64,000 nt of DNA from an uncultured delta proteobacterium (GTDB taxonomy: Bacteria > Myxococcota_A > UBA9160 > SMWR01): positions 735,342 through 799,341 of the forward strand of contig CAWHTE010000003.1 of the NCBI GenBank assembly GCA_963832165.1. The letters are read 5' to 3'. This document shows positions 1 to 9,118 of the stretch, piece by piece. The notes under the pieces are model-generated. The model searched no databases and had not been told where the DNA came from. It saw only the letters and a list, made by a program, of their open reading frames with translations. A program made the position numbers and the translations under genes. Each line of letters starts with the position of its first letter. Within the stretch, counting starts at the first letter, position 1.

Positions 1-1311
1 GATGCGGCCGAAGCCTGGGCGGTCGTCGCCTCGTTCAACGTGGATCACGGCGACTTCGACGAGGCGATCGAGGCGTTCGCGCAGGTGCGTCAACTGGTGG
101 ACCTCGCGGAGAATCCAGAGCTCCTGCTCGCATACGCCGATGTGCTCGTGATCGCGAAGCGCTTCGGCGAGGCGGAGCAGCTCGTCGATCTGATGAAGGT
201 GCCCGCGCATCAGTCGCTCGTGCGCGCGCGGATCGCGCTCGAGCGCGGCGATCCGGCCACGGCGCTTCGGCTCTTCGACGAGGGCATGCGCCTGTGGCCC
301 AACAATGCGCAGTCGCGCTACTACGCGGCGGTCGCGGCCGAGCAGCTCGGTGATTTCGAGCGCGCCATCGAAGAGTATCGCTACGCGATGCGGGTCGATG
401 TGACCGCGACGGATGCGTATCTCCGGCAGGCGCGCCTGCAGGCGGCGTCGGGCGCCTACGCAGCGGCGATCGACACGTTGGAGTTCCAGCCCGGAGGCCG
501 GCCGGAGGAGGTGGCCGCCGGCCTGTTCGAGATGCGCATCCGCGCGCGCGCAGGACTGGAGGGAGGGTCGCCACCCTGGCTTCGCGCGATGCTCGCGCAG
601 CCGGAGCACCGCGGGGCGGCGGTGGCGGCGGTCGGAGAAGGTGTGCGCGAGCGCAGCGGATCCAAGGCGGCGCTCGCGGCGATGAAAGCCGCGCAGCCGC
701 TCGATCTGAGCGATCCGATCCACGTCGAAGCGTTGGCCGCGTTCGTCGAAGACCTGGCCGCGACGGGAAGATCCGCGCAAGGCCTCGCACTCGTCGATAC
801 GGGCTTGCGCAAGCACCCCGACACCGCTGCGTTCCTCGCGCTGCGCGGCCGCGCGCTCCAGCTCTCGGGGGCTCCCGTCGCCGCTGCGCGCGAGTCCTTC
901 GAGCGCGCGCTCGCGCTGGCAGCGGACGATCGGATCGCACTCGTGGGATTGGCGCGCCTCGAGGCGCAGCATGGCTCGAAAGACGCAGCGCTCGCGCTCT
1001 ACGACCGCGCAGTCGCTGCGGACCGGAACGATCGCACGGCCGCGCGCGAGTCCGCTTCGCTGCTCGAAGCGTCGGGTCGGTCGGGCGAGGCAGAAGAGCG
1101 GCTCACGGCGCTGCTGCGAAACCACCCGTACGACGCAGCCGCAGCGCGCGCGCTCGCGGAGCTTCGTCTCGAACGCGGCGCAGCGGACGAACGGACGCTC
1201 GAGCTCGCGAAGCGCGCGGTCGCGTTCGGAGGCGGCGCCGAGGCGGAGGCACTCGTCGAGCGCATCCAGTCGCGCGCCGACGAATCCGATTCGAGCGCGG
1301 CGCGCGGCTAG
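1..1311 (+). CDS. Tetratricopeptide-repeat protein (5' partial)
   Basis: Frame is open from base 1. Many TPR-like helical pairs (e.g. AVAAEQLGDFERAIEEYRYAM, ARESFERALALAADD). Confidence 0.85.
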   Translation, partial: DAAEAWAVVASFNVDHGDFDEAIEAFAQVRQLVDLAENPELLLAYADVLVIAKRFGEAEQLVDLMKVPAHQSLVRARIALERGDPATALRLFDEGMRLWPNNAQSRYYAAVAAEQLGDFERAIEEYRYAMRVDVTATDAYLRQARLQAASGAYAAAIDTLEFQPGGRPEEVAAGLFEMRIRARAGLEGGSPPWLRAMLAQPEHRGAAVAAVGEGVRERSGSKAALAAMKAAQPLDLSDPIHVEALAAFVEDLAATGRSAQGLALVDTGLRKHPDTAAFLALRGRALQLSGAPVAAARESFERALALAADDRIALVGLARLEAQHGSKDAALALYDRAVAADRNDRTAARESASLLEASGRSGEAEERLTALLRNHPYDAAAARALAELRLERGAADERTLELAKRAVAFGGGAEAEALVERIQSRADESDSSAARG

Positions 1312-1331
1312 CTCTTCCAGGGAGGTCGACG

Positions 1332-2555
1332 CTAGTTCGGCGCGGCACCCGTCGGCGGCATGAGCTTGGCTCGCTCCCGCACGCGGTGCGCTGGATCATC
1401 GCTCGAGGAGACGGCGCGCACGCGCTCCGGGACGCCGGGCTGCGCGAGCCACGCCAGTGCCGCCGCGCGATCCTTCTGGAACCACCGCTGGCCGATCACG
1501 ATCATGGTGGCCTCGGAGAGCGCCGGATTGCTGATGCGCTGCGCCAGCTCGATCGCCTCCTTCGGGCGCTCGTCCGAGATCGCGCGCGCGTAGAGCGCCA
1601 GCGCGGGCTCGTTCCAGGGCGCCGGCTCCGTCGCTTCGGTCCATGCGAAGGCGGCCTCGCGGTCGTAGCTCAACCAGTCGCGATACGACTCGGCGACACC
1701 GTCGAAGCGATCCGCTCCCGCCGGCAGCGTCGCCAGCCAGGCCATCGCAGCCTTCGGATCGTGAACGACCCAGCGCGTCCCGATTCGACGCGGAAAGTTC
1801 GATAGCCGATCGTCGGATCGGACCCGAGGCGTGGCCCACGCTGCGGCGAGCGGAGCGCCCTCGGCGAGCTCGGCGGCCGAGCTCGCGACGCGTTCGCCGA
1901 TCACCTGCTGGAGTCTCGGCCTGGCACCGAGCGATTCGACCCAGCGCAATGCTTCGGCGGGGCCCATCGCCACGACGCGCCTGCGCGCGAGGCCCTCGCA
2001 CAGGCGCTGCAGGTCGCGATCCGGAAACTGCGCGAGGAATTCGAGCAGACCCGGTTTCCCGGATTCATCCCATCCCTCCACGGCTGCGTCGACGGCGACT
2101 TCGTTGTGCAGGTGATAGGCGAGCCCACGCGCCGTGCCGAGCGATTTCACGGGATCGCTGTGTGCCCACGTGCGAAAGATCGCCGCGATCGCGGTGCCGG
2201 TGCGCGCGCGCCCGTCGGACGTGGTCCATGCGAGGGCGGCTAGCGGGTCGAAGCGCGCCCACCAGAGCGCGAGCACGACGACCTCCGGATCACCGCCATC
2301 TGCGCGCGCTGCCGCGAACGCCTCGCCCAGCGACTTCGCTGCGGTGGCGTCCAGCCTCGACAAGAGCGCGCTGAGCTCCTTGACCCGCACCAGCGCATCC
2401 TTGCCGCGCAGGATCTCTTCCACGCGCGGCCCGATCTGCGCGTCGGAGGGCACGCGATCGCTGCGCAGAGTGAGGAATGCGATTCCAGAGCCGAGCACAC
2501 CTCCGAGCGCGAGGGCGCACGCGAGAGCGACCGCCGTCGGGAACCGCTGTGACAT
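1332..2555 (-). CDS. Membrane-anchored helical-repeat protein with W-x3-DP-x2-A-x2-W motifs
   Basis: N-terminal hydrophobic segment after MSQRFPT. Repeated WARFDPLAALAW, WAHSDP, WVVHDPKAAMAW, WLSYDREAAFAW, WFQKDRAAALAW. Confidence 0.75.
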   Translation of the reverse strand: MSQRFPTAVALACALALGGVLGSGIAFLTLRSDRVPSDAQIGPRVEEILRGKDALVRVKELSALLSRLDATAAKSLGEAFAAARADGGDPEVVVLALWWARFDPLAALAWTTSDGRARTGTAIAAIFRTWAHSDPVKSLGTARGLAYHLHNEVAVDAAVEGWDESGKPGLLEFLAQFPDRDLQRLCEGLARRRVVAMGPAEALRWVESLGARPRLQQVIGERVASSAAELAEGAPLAAAWATPRVRSDDRLSNFPRRIGTRWVVHDPKAAMAWLATLPAGADRFDGVAESYRDWLSYDREAAFAWTEATEPAPWNEPALALYARAISDERPKEAIELAQRISNPALSEATMIVIGQRWFQKDRAAALAWLAQPGVPERVRAVSSSDDPAHRVRERAKLMPPTGAAPN

Positions 2556-2600
2556 GGCGCCGGATACTACTGGTGACCCCACCGCCAGCAAGATTTGCTG

Positions 2601-2660
2601 CCAATGGGAAACCGACTACTCCAAATAGGAAACGAAGTTCTCAAATAGGGAATCGAACTT
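2601..2660. promoter_or_regulatory. Three imperfect ~20-bp tandem repeats, candidate enhancer (bEBP) sites
   Basis: ccaatgggaaaccgactact / ccaaataggaaacgaagttc / tcaaatagggaatcgaactt, lying 85-145 bp upstream of a sigma54 motif. Confidence 0.6.
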
Positions 2661-2706
2661 TCCAGACGGTCGCGTGGCGGGCCGACAGAGGTAAAAACGC
2701 GTGTAA

Positions 2707-2719
2707 TATCAATTGCTTA
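2707..2719 (+). promoter_or_regulatory. IHF binding site
   Basis: TATCAAttgcTTA matches WATCAANNNNTTR exactly and lies between the repeats and the sigma54 motif. Confidence 0.7.
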
Positions 2720-2743
2720 TAGATTGGCTCGGCGAGTCGCAGT

Positions 2744-2759
2744 AGGCACGTTTCTTGCT
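2744..2759 (+). promoter_or_regulatory. sigma54 (-24/-12) promoter of the PEP-CTERM gene
   Basis: AGGCACGTTTCTTGCT has GG-N10-GC spacing and is close to the TGGCACG-N4-TTGCW consensus. Confidence 0.8.
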
Positions 2760-2801
2760 GCGTTTTTGGCGCAAAACGCGGACCACGCGAGAGGAAATCT
2801 C

Positions 2802-4178
2802 ATGAAAGCGATCCGGTCCTTTCACTCGTTCGCCGTGTGCATCGCGCTCCTGCTGGTGGCGGCCTCGGCCTCGGCGCAGAACTACTACACCTTCGTCGGC
2901 AGGGTCACGACCAACCGCGGGCGCAATGCCAACGTCCCCATGGCCGGGAACACGAACTGCGGGTCGCTCACGGTCAAGACCGGCCCGGTGAAGAGCGGCC
3001 TCATGGACGTGAAGGTCGCCCGGGGCGTCAACACCCAGCCGCCCGGGGCCGTGACGGGCATGTTCAACTGGAAGGCCGGGAAGGACATGGGATGCGTGAA
3101 GAACGTCCTCCCGCTGAAGACGACGGGCATGGGCATCGCCGTCGGAGCCGGCTTCACGCTGCTGCCGAAGGCGTTCTCTCTTCCGTACCCGCACGTCCGC
3201 GCGCCCGGCCACTACATGCTCAAGACCGATGTTCCCGTGGTCGAGATCAAGAACTTCGCACCCGCCGTCCAGCTCGCGACGAGCGTGCATGCGACCGCTG
3301 CGCCGGCGGTGCGCGCCCACTACGGCGGAACGATGTTTCCCGCCAAGGCCGCAGCCCCGTTCCGCAAGTTCAAGGCCGGAGCGTGGGCGAGTCATACCGG
3401 TCGGGCGGCTGCGAAGTTCAGCTGGTGCCCGCCGCCGCTCGCTTCGCTGAGCAAGGGAGGCGTCGTCGGGTGCCTGAACCAGAACCAGGGCGGATTCCCG
3501 GCGATCATCAACTACACCGGCGGAGGCAACGCCTTCGGCGGCACGATGAGCCTCGTCACCCACCAGGTGGCGGGTGTGGGCAGCCTCGCGCTCTTCCTGG
3601 GCGGGCCCTTCGCCTTCAACAACTTCGGGGGCGGAGAATCGCTGGGAACCGGCCGCGGCTATGCGGACTACAACCACATCGTGCTGCCGAGCGGCGACAT
3701 CCACGCGGCCGGCGCGATCGCGCCTCGGTACATCGGCCCGGTCCTCGGCACACAGAACGTGATCAAGAGCGTCGCCCCCACCAAGCAAGGAATGTGGCCG
3801 GGCGGTGACGTCTACGACTGGGGCTTCCCGTGGACGACGATGACGGTGGTGGTGCGCGCCCAGAACGTGGCGGGCACGCGGAAGTCGACGTTCACGGCCA
3901 AGGGATGGGACTGCGCCGGCACCATGCAGGGCCCGGCTTGCAGCATCGTGCCGACCAAAGGGCTTCCGAAGGCGGGCGTGGTGAACCGGAACATCTCGCT
4001 CGTGTCCGGCTCCATCGGCATCGCGCGACTGCCTCCGCCGTTCGGTGACTCCCCGATCGCGAACATGGGCAACATGCAGCTGCTGGTCATGCCGGAGCCC
4101 GGTGCGACGCTGCAGCTGCTGGCAGGCGCAGCGGGCCTGCTCGGCATGGCGGTCTGGCGCTCGCGCCGCGTCCGCTAG
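2802..4178 (+). CDS. PEP-CTERM sorting-domain surface protein
   Basis: RBS gagg, signal peptide ending ASA-Q, C-terminal MPEPG + hydrophobic helix + RSRRVR tail. Confidence 0.9.
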   Translation: MKAIRSFHSFAVCIALLLVAASASAQNYYTFVGRVTTNRGRNANVPMAGNTNCGSLTVKTGPVKSGLMDVKVARGVNTQPPGAVTGMFNWKAGKDMGCVKNVLPLKTTGMGIAVGAGFTLLPKAFSLPYPHVRAPGHYMLKTDVPVVEIKNFAPAVQLATSVHATAAPAVRAHYGGTMFPAKAAAPFRKFKAGAWASHTGRAAAKFSWCPPPLASLSKGGVVGCLNQNQGGFPAIINYTGGGNAFGGTMSLVTHQVAGVGSLALFLGGPFAFNNFGGGESLGTGRGYADYNHIVLPSGDIHAAGAIAPRYIGPVLGTQNVIKSVAPTKQGMWPGGDVYDWGFPWTTMTVVVRAQNVAGTRKSTFTAKGWDCAGTMQGPACSIVPTKGLPKAGVVNRNISLVSGSIGIARLPPPFGDSPIANMGNMQLLVMPEPGATLQLLAGAAGLLGMAVWRSRRVR

Positions 4179-4202
4179 TCGGGGATCTTCGAGCTCGATC
4201 CA

Positions 4203-4238
4203 GCCGGGCCGCCCTGTCGGGCGGCCCGGTTCTGTTTC
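4203..4238 (+). terminator. Rho-independent terminator
   Basis: 11-bp stem ccgggccgccc-tgtc-gggcggcccgg followed by ttctgtttc. Confidence 0.75.
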
Positions 4239-5223
4239 AACCCGTGCGAAGCGCGACGTCGATGACCACCTTCCCGATGGCGTGGCCATCCGCCACGTAG
4301 CGCAGGGCTGCGGCCGCATCCGCGAGATCGAAAGCGGCGCCGATGTGGGGCAGGGCCCGGTGCGAGGCGAGCAGGTCCAGCAGCTCGCGCTGGTTGCGCT
4401 GCAACTCTGCCGGTGCCCGCGCGACGAAGCCGCGCATTTCGAAGCCGACGATCTGGATGCCCTTGAGCAGCACCAGATTGAGCGGGATGCGCGGGATCAC
4501 GCCCGACGCGTAGCCCACGGTGATGAAGCGGCCGCCCCAGCGCAGCGACCGGAGCGCGGGTTCGGCGAGATCACCGCCGACGGGATCGACGACGACGTCG
4601 GCACCCGCAGGCAGCGCCTTGCGCAGCGCCTCGCGCAGGTCGCCCGCTTTGTGGTCTACGAGCATGCGGGCTCCGCAGGTCTTGGCCACCTCGAGCTTCT
4701 CGGCCGACGAGGCGACGGCCGTCACCGACGCACCGAGCACAGCACCGAGCTGCACCGCGGCCAGACCGACTCCTCCGCCCGCGCCGAGGACGATGAGCTC
4801 CTCTCCCGCCTCGAGTCGCGCCACCGACCGGAGCAGGTTGTACGCCGTCCCGTGGGCGACGCCGAACGCCGCGGCGTGGCGCGCCTCGACGCCAGCGGGA
4901 ATCGGTGTGAGCGACGCCGCGTGCACGACGACCTCCTCGGCGAAAGCTCCGACCATCGTGGTTCCGAACACGCGATCACCGACGGCGGGACGCGCGACAT
5001 CGCCGGCCACCTCGACGACGACGCCCGCGAACTCGCTACCGGGGACGAATGGGGGAGCGACGCTCATCTGATACTGATTCGCGACCAGCAGCACGTCGGG
5101 GAAGTTGACGGCCGCAGCCTCCACGCGGACTCGCGCCTGTCCCGGACCGAGCGGCGGCAGCGAGAAGTCCTCGACGCGTACCACCTCGGGCGGGCCGTAC
5201 TCGCGACAGACGGCAGCGCGCAT
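4237..5223 (-). CDS. NADPH:quinone oxidoreductase (MDR family)
   Basis: MRAAVCREYGPPEV, VNFPD, PGSEFAG, GAGGGVG, C-terminal GKVVI. Confidence 0.9.
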   Translation of the reverse strand: MRAAVCREYGPPEVVRVEDFSLPPLGPGQARVRVEAAAVNFPDVLLVANQYQMSVAPPFVPGSEFAGVVVEVAGDVARPAVGDRVFGTTMVGAFAEEVVVHAASLTPIPAGVEARHAAAFGVAHGTAYNLLRSVARLEAGEELIVLGAGGGVGLAAVQLGAVLGASVTAVASSAEKLEVAKTCGARMLVDHKAGDLREALRKALPAGADVVVDPVGGDLAEPALRSLRWGGRFITVGYASGVIPRIPLNLVLLKGIQIVGFEMRGFVARAPAELQRNQRELLDLLASHRALPHIGAAFDLADAAAALRYVADGHAIGKVVIDVALRTG

Positions 5224-5228
5224 GCGAT

Positions 5229-5999
5229 CTATCGGCCGCGCCAGATCGGCGGCCGCTTCTCGACGAACGCCGTCGCGCCTTCCTTCGCATCTTCGCTGCC
5301 GAAGATCTTCGGCTGCAGCTCGACCGCCCGTTTCTGCGCGCGCTCGAAATCGACGAGCGCCAGGCGCGCGAGCTCCTTGGTGGCCGCCAGCGCGAGCGGG
5401 CCGTTGGCTGCGATCCGCTCGGCGAACGTCATCGCGGCATCGAGCACGGCGTCGGGCGCCACCACCTGGTTGACGAGCCCCAGCTCGAGCGCGCGCGCGG
5501 CGTCGATCGGGTCGCCCGTCAGCAGGAGCTCCATCGCGAGCGCGAGCGGGATCCGCGTGGCGAGGAAGGTTCCGTTGCCGGCCGCAAACAGGCCGCGCTT
5601 GACCTCGGGCAAGCCGAACTTCGCCAGCGAAGAGGCGACGATCACGTCGCACGCGAGCAGCAGCTCGAAGCCACCCGCGAGCGCCGTCGCGTTCGCGGCG
5701 CCGATCACGGGAACCGCGACCTGGCCCTGCATCAGGCGCTGGAAGGAAGCCATCGCGCCGCTGTCGACGGCGATGCGCTCGCCGCTCGCGAACCCGCGCA
5801 GGTCCATGCCCGCGCAGAATGCCCGGTCGCCCGTGCCCGTGAGCACGATGGCCCGGATCTCCGGATCGGCCTCGACCTCGTCGACCATCCTTCCCAGACC
5901 GCCCAGCAGCGCGGGGTTGAGCGCGTTGCGCGCCTCGGGCCGATTCAGCCGGACGATCAGGACGTGGCCGCGCCGCTCGCGTACGAGCTCGTCGCTCAC
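5229..5999 (-). CDS. Enoyl-CoA hydratase/crotonase family protein
   Basis: LNRPEARNAL, FCAGMDL, AGGFEL, FGLPEVKRG, AFVEKRPP. Confidence 0.92.
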   Translation of the reverse strand: MSDELVRERRGHVLIVRLNRPEARNALNPALLGGLGRMVDEVEADPEIRAIVLTGTGDRAFCAGMDLRGFASGERIAVDSGAMASFQRLMQGQVAVPVIGAANATALAGGFELLLACDVIVASSLAKFGLPEVKRGLFAAGNGTFLATRIPLALAMELLLTGDPIDAARALELGLVNQVVAPDAVLDAAMTFAERIAANGPLALAATKELARLALVDFERAQKRAVELQPKIFGSEDAKEGATAFVEKRPPIWRGR

Positions 6000-7015
6000 C
6001 GGTGGTAGTCCGTGGACTCGGCCAGCTCGGCCGCCGACGTCATGAGGTCGACGATGACGGGACCGAAGGCCTGGAGCTTCTCGTCATCGCCCGCGCGTTG
6101 ATATCCCTGCTCGAGGACGATGCCGAGCTTCCACTTCGCGAGGATGACGTAGTAGTCGATGTCGTCGACCTGCCGGCCCGACACCTCGGAGTAGTGAGCG
6201 AGGAGCTGGTCTCGCGAGGGCATGCCGCGCAGATCGACATAGCTGGCCTCGGACGCCTGCGGGCTCTGCGTGTCGGCGGGCCAGCTCTGGATCATCCAGC
6301 CCAGGTCGAGCTTCGGATCCCCGACCGTGCCCATCTCCCAATCGACGATCGCCGCGAGCCGGGCCGGCGCCCCATCCTTGTACATCACGTTCGCGAACTG
6401 GTAGTCCCCGTGCATGAGCCCCGGGATGTAGTCGATCGGGCGGTGTTCCCGAAGCCAGGCCGTGGCGACGTCCATGCCCGCGAGCGTCCGGCGCCTGATC
6501 CGCTCGAAGAACCGCGTCCAGCGGTCGACCTGGCGCTCGTGGAAGCCGTCGGGCCGCCCGAGATCCTGGAGACCCTTGGCCCGCCAGTCGACTTTCGAGA
6601 GCAGCGCGATGCCTTCGGCGAGCTGATAGGCGAGACCCGCGCGCGCGGGGAGGTCCGTGTCGAAGGGAGCCGGCCAGCCCGTGCGACCCATCGGCGACCA
6701 GCCTTCGACGAAGCCCATCAGATAGAACGACCGGCCGAGCACCGAAGCGTCGTCGCACACCGCCACGGCCCGCGTGTGCGGCACGTCGGAGCCGTCGAGC
6801 GCCTCGATGATGCGCCACTCGCGCAGGATGCCCTGGTCGCGATCCGCGGGCGCGCTCGTCGGCGGAATCCGGATCACGCAGTGCAGGTCGCCGCGCCGGA
6901 TCTCGTAGATCTCGTTCTGGCTGCCACCCGCGATGAAGCGGTGCTCGATCTTGTCGCGTGTTCCGGGCAGGCCCTTCGCGTCCATCCATGCGCCGAGGCG
7001 GTCGATGTCGATCAC
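5996..7015 (-). CDS. Phosphotransferase (APH / ACAD10-11 N-terminal-like) family protein
   Basis: HGDYQFANV and IVDWEMGTVGDP kinase-like motifs. Confidence 0.88.
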   Translation of the reverse strand: MIDIDRLGAWMDAKGLPGTRDKIEHRFIAGGSQNEIYEIRRGDLHCVIRIPPTSAPADRDQGILREWRIIEALDGSDVPHTRAVAVCDDASVLGRSFYLMGFVEGWSPMGRTGWPAPFDTDLPARAGLAYQLAEGIALLSKVDWRAKGLQDLGRPDGFHERQVDRWTRFFERIRRRTLAGMDVATAWLREHRPIDYIPGLMHGDYQFANVMYKDGAPARLAAIVDWEMGTVGDPKLDLGWMIQSWPADTQSPQASEASYVDLRGMPSRDQLLAHYSEVSGRQVDDIDYYVILAKWKLGIVLEQGYQRAGDDEKLQAFGPVIVDLMTSAAELAESTDYHR

Positions 7016-7119
7016 AGGTTCCCCACTTCGTGCTCGAGATACTCCGCAAACTTCGCGCGCGCGGCATCCTCGCTGGGCGCGTCGGGTCGGCCCGCCGGGG
7101 GCCGAATCTTGAGAGTCAC
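7012..7119 (-). pseudogene. Probable 3' remnant of an acyl-CoA dehydrogenase gene
   Basis: Encodes ...AARAKFAEYLEHEVGNL* and overlaps the APH start as GTGA. From recollection it resembles the C-termini of ACADs that precede APH genes. Confidence 0.4.
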
Positions 7120-7321
7120 ATTACGCTGAGGGTAGAATTACCCTTCCAGTTTCTGGTATTTTGGTTTTTACCCGGGCAGCGCGGGGGAGCGCAAGAGAAA
7201 GCGCCCGCGCCGGTTTACAAGGCCCCGTCCCAAAAGGCATACTGCGCAGGTGACGGATCGTCAGATCCGCCGTACGCGGCCATCCGATCGGCCGCTTCCT
7301 CGTTCCGCATTGGAGGCCCCC

Positions 7322-9109
7322 ATGGCCACGCAGCCCAAACCGGTGTTCTCGGAGCCGGCCTCCCAGGTCGATCCGGTGACGGTCGAGGTGATCCGCGGCG
7401 CGATGGAGACCGTCGCCTATGAAATGGCGACCCACGTCTCGCTCACCGCGACGACTCCGATCCTGAACCAGAGCAACGAACGCAACGCGACGATCCTGGA
7501 CGGTCGCGGCGCGCTCGCGGCGCTCTCGGTCGGCATTCCGCAGTTCATGCTCAGCTCGACGCTGCCCGTGCGCTTCGCGCTCGATTTCTTCAAGGAAGAG
7601 GGCCTCAACGCCGGCGACGTGCTCGTCGCGAACGACCCGTATCACGGCGGCGGCCACCTTCCGGACTACAACGTTTTCGCGCCGGTCGTCGTCGACGGCG
7701 AGCTCGTGCTGATCGCGTCGATCCAGTGCCATCACGCCGACACGGGCGGCGGGATGCCCGGCGGCTACAACGCAGAGGCGATCGACATCTGGGCCGAGGG
7801 CGTGCGCTTCCCGGCCGTGAAGCTCTATGACCGCGGCGTCGAGCGCCGCGACATCACCTACCTCATGAAGGTGAACAACCGCACGCCTACCTTCATCGGC
7901 GATCTGCGCGCGCAGGTCGGCGCCGCGCAGCTCGGCGCGCGCCGGCTCCGCGAGATCGTGGAGCGCTACGGCGCCGAGGCAGTGCAGGCTGCGTGCCGCC
8001 ACTCGATCGAGTACGCAGAGCGCCGTTTCCGCGAGGAGGTGGCCTCGTGGCCCGACGGCGTCTACGAGGCGGACGCGTGGGTCGACCACGATCCGATCGG
8101 GAATCCCGACATCCGCGTGCACGTGAAGGTGACGATCGACGGCGACCGGCTGAAGGTCGACTACACGGGCTCCGACACGCGCCAGGACCTCAAGGCCTAC
8201 TCGGCGTTCGGCAACACGCGCGGATACGTCGTGGCGCAGCTCGCGTCGATGATGGACCCGTCGATTCCCAAGAACGAGGGCTTCTTCAACTCGATCGAGC
8301 TCGTGGTGCCGGAGGGCTGCGTGCTCAATCCGCTGCCGGGCAAGACCGTTGCCGCGGGCACCCACCATCCCGGCGTCGAGGTCGGCGAGGCGCTCTGCAA
8401 GGCGCTCGCGCAGGTATTGCCGGAGCGGGCGTGCCCGCAGATCTACAAGCTCGGGATGCCGACGGTGATCTTCGGTCAGCACCCCGACACGGGCGTGGTC
8501 TTCGTCGACCACTCGGTGGACGTGTTGTCCGCCTACACCAACGCGGTGATGGGCCAGGACGGCTGGGGCTCGATGCCGGCGTCGTTCGGCAACCTGATCC
8601 GCGCGACTGCTGAAGTGAACGAGTCGATTTTTCCCGTGCGCCACGAATGTTGCGACTACGAGGTCGACACGGGCGGGCCCGGCCAATGGCGGGGCTGCCC
8701 CGGCTCGCGCGTGGTGAAGCGCATGCTCGCGCCGTCGACGGTGACCACCTACATGGTGGGCATGAAGTACCCGATGTCAGGCGTCGCGGGCGGATCCGAC
8801 GGGTCGCCGAACGAGCTCATCACGAATTTCGAGAGCGAAGACGCGCTGAAGATCCAATGCATGGCCAACGGTGTGCCGCACCCGGCGGGCCAGGCGTTCC
8901 GATACCAGTACGGCGGCGGCGGCGGCTGGGGCAATCCGCTCAAGCGCGATCCCGAAATGGTCCTCGACGACGTCTACGACGAGCTCGTGTCGCTCGAGTC
9001 GGCCGAGCGCGACTACGGAGTGCAGTTCACGGGCCGCCTCGAGGACGACACGCTCGCGGTCGACCACGACGGCACCAAGAAGCTGCGCGAACAGCGAGCC
9101 GCGGCGTAG
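7322..9109 (+). CDS. Hydantoinase B/oxoprolinase family subunit
   Basis: DPVTVEVI, NDPYHGGGHLPD, HHADTGG, DTGGPGQWRG, GGGGWGNPLKRDP; RBS ggagg. Confidence 0.92.
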   Translation: MATQPKPVFSEPASQVDPVTVEVIRGAMETVAYEMATHVSLTATTPILNQSNERNATILDGRGALAALSVGIPQFMLSSTLPVRFALDFFKEEGLNAGDVLVANDPYHGGGHLPDYNVFAPVVVDGELVLIASIQCHHADTGGGMPGGYNAEAIDIWAEGVRFPAVKLYDRGVERRDITYLMKVNNRTPTFIGDLRAQVGAAQLGARRLREIVERYGAEAVQAACRHSIEYAERRFREEVASWPDGVYEADAWVDHDPIGNPDIRVHVKVTIDGDRLKVDYTGSDTRQDLKAYSAFGNTRGYVVAQLASMMDPSIPKNEGFFNSIELVVPEGCVLNPLPGKTVAAGTHHPGVEVGEALCKALAQVLPERACPQIYKLGMPTVIFGQHPDTGVVFVDHSVDVLSAYTNAVMGQDGWGSMPASFGNLIRATAEVNESIFPVRHECCDYEVDTGGPGQWRGCPGSRVVKRMLAPSTVTTYMVGMKYPMSGVAGGSDGSPNELITNFESEDALKIQCMANGVPHPAGQAFRYQYGGGGGWGNPLKRDPEMVLDDVYDELVSLESAERDYGVQFTGRLEDDTLAVDHDGTKKLREQRAAA

Positions 9110-9118
9110 GCACGACGT

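Noticed and set aside
2601..2660. Possible mini-CRISPR array
   Set aside because: Period is only ~20 bp, there are no spacers and no cas genes. Its position fits an enhancer.
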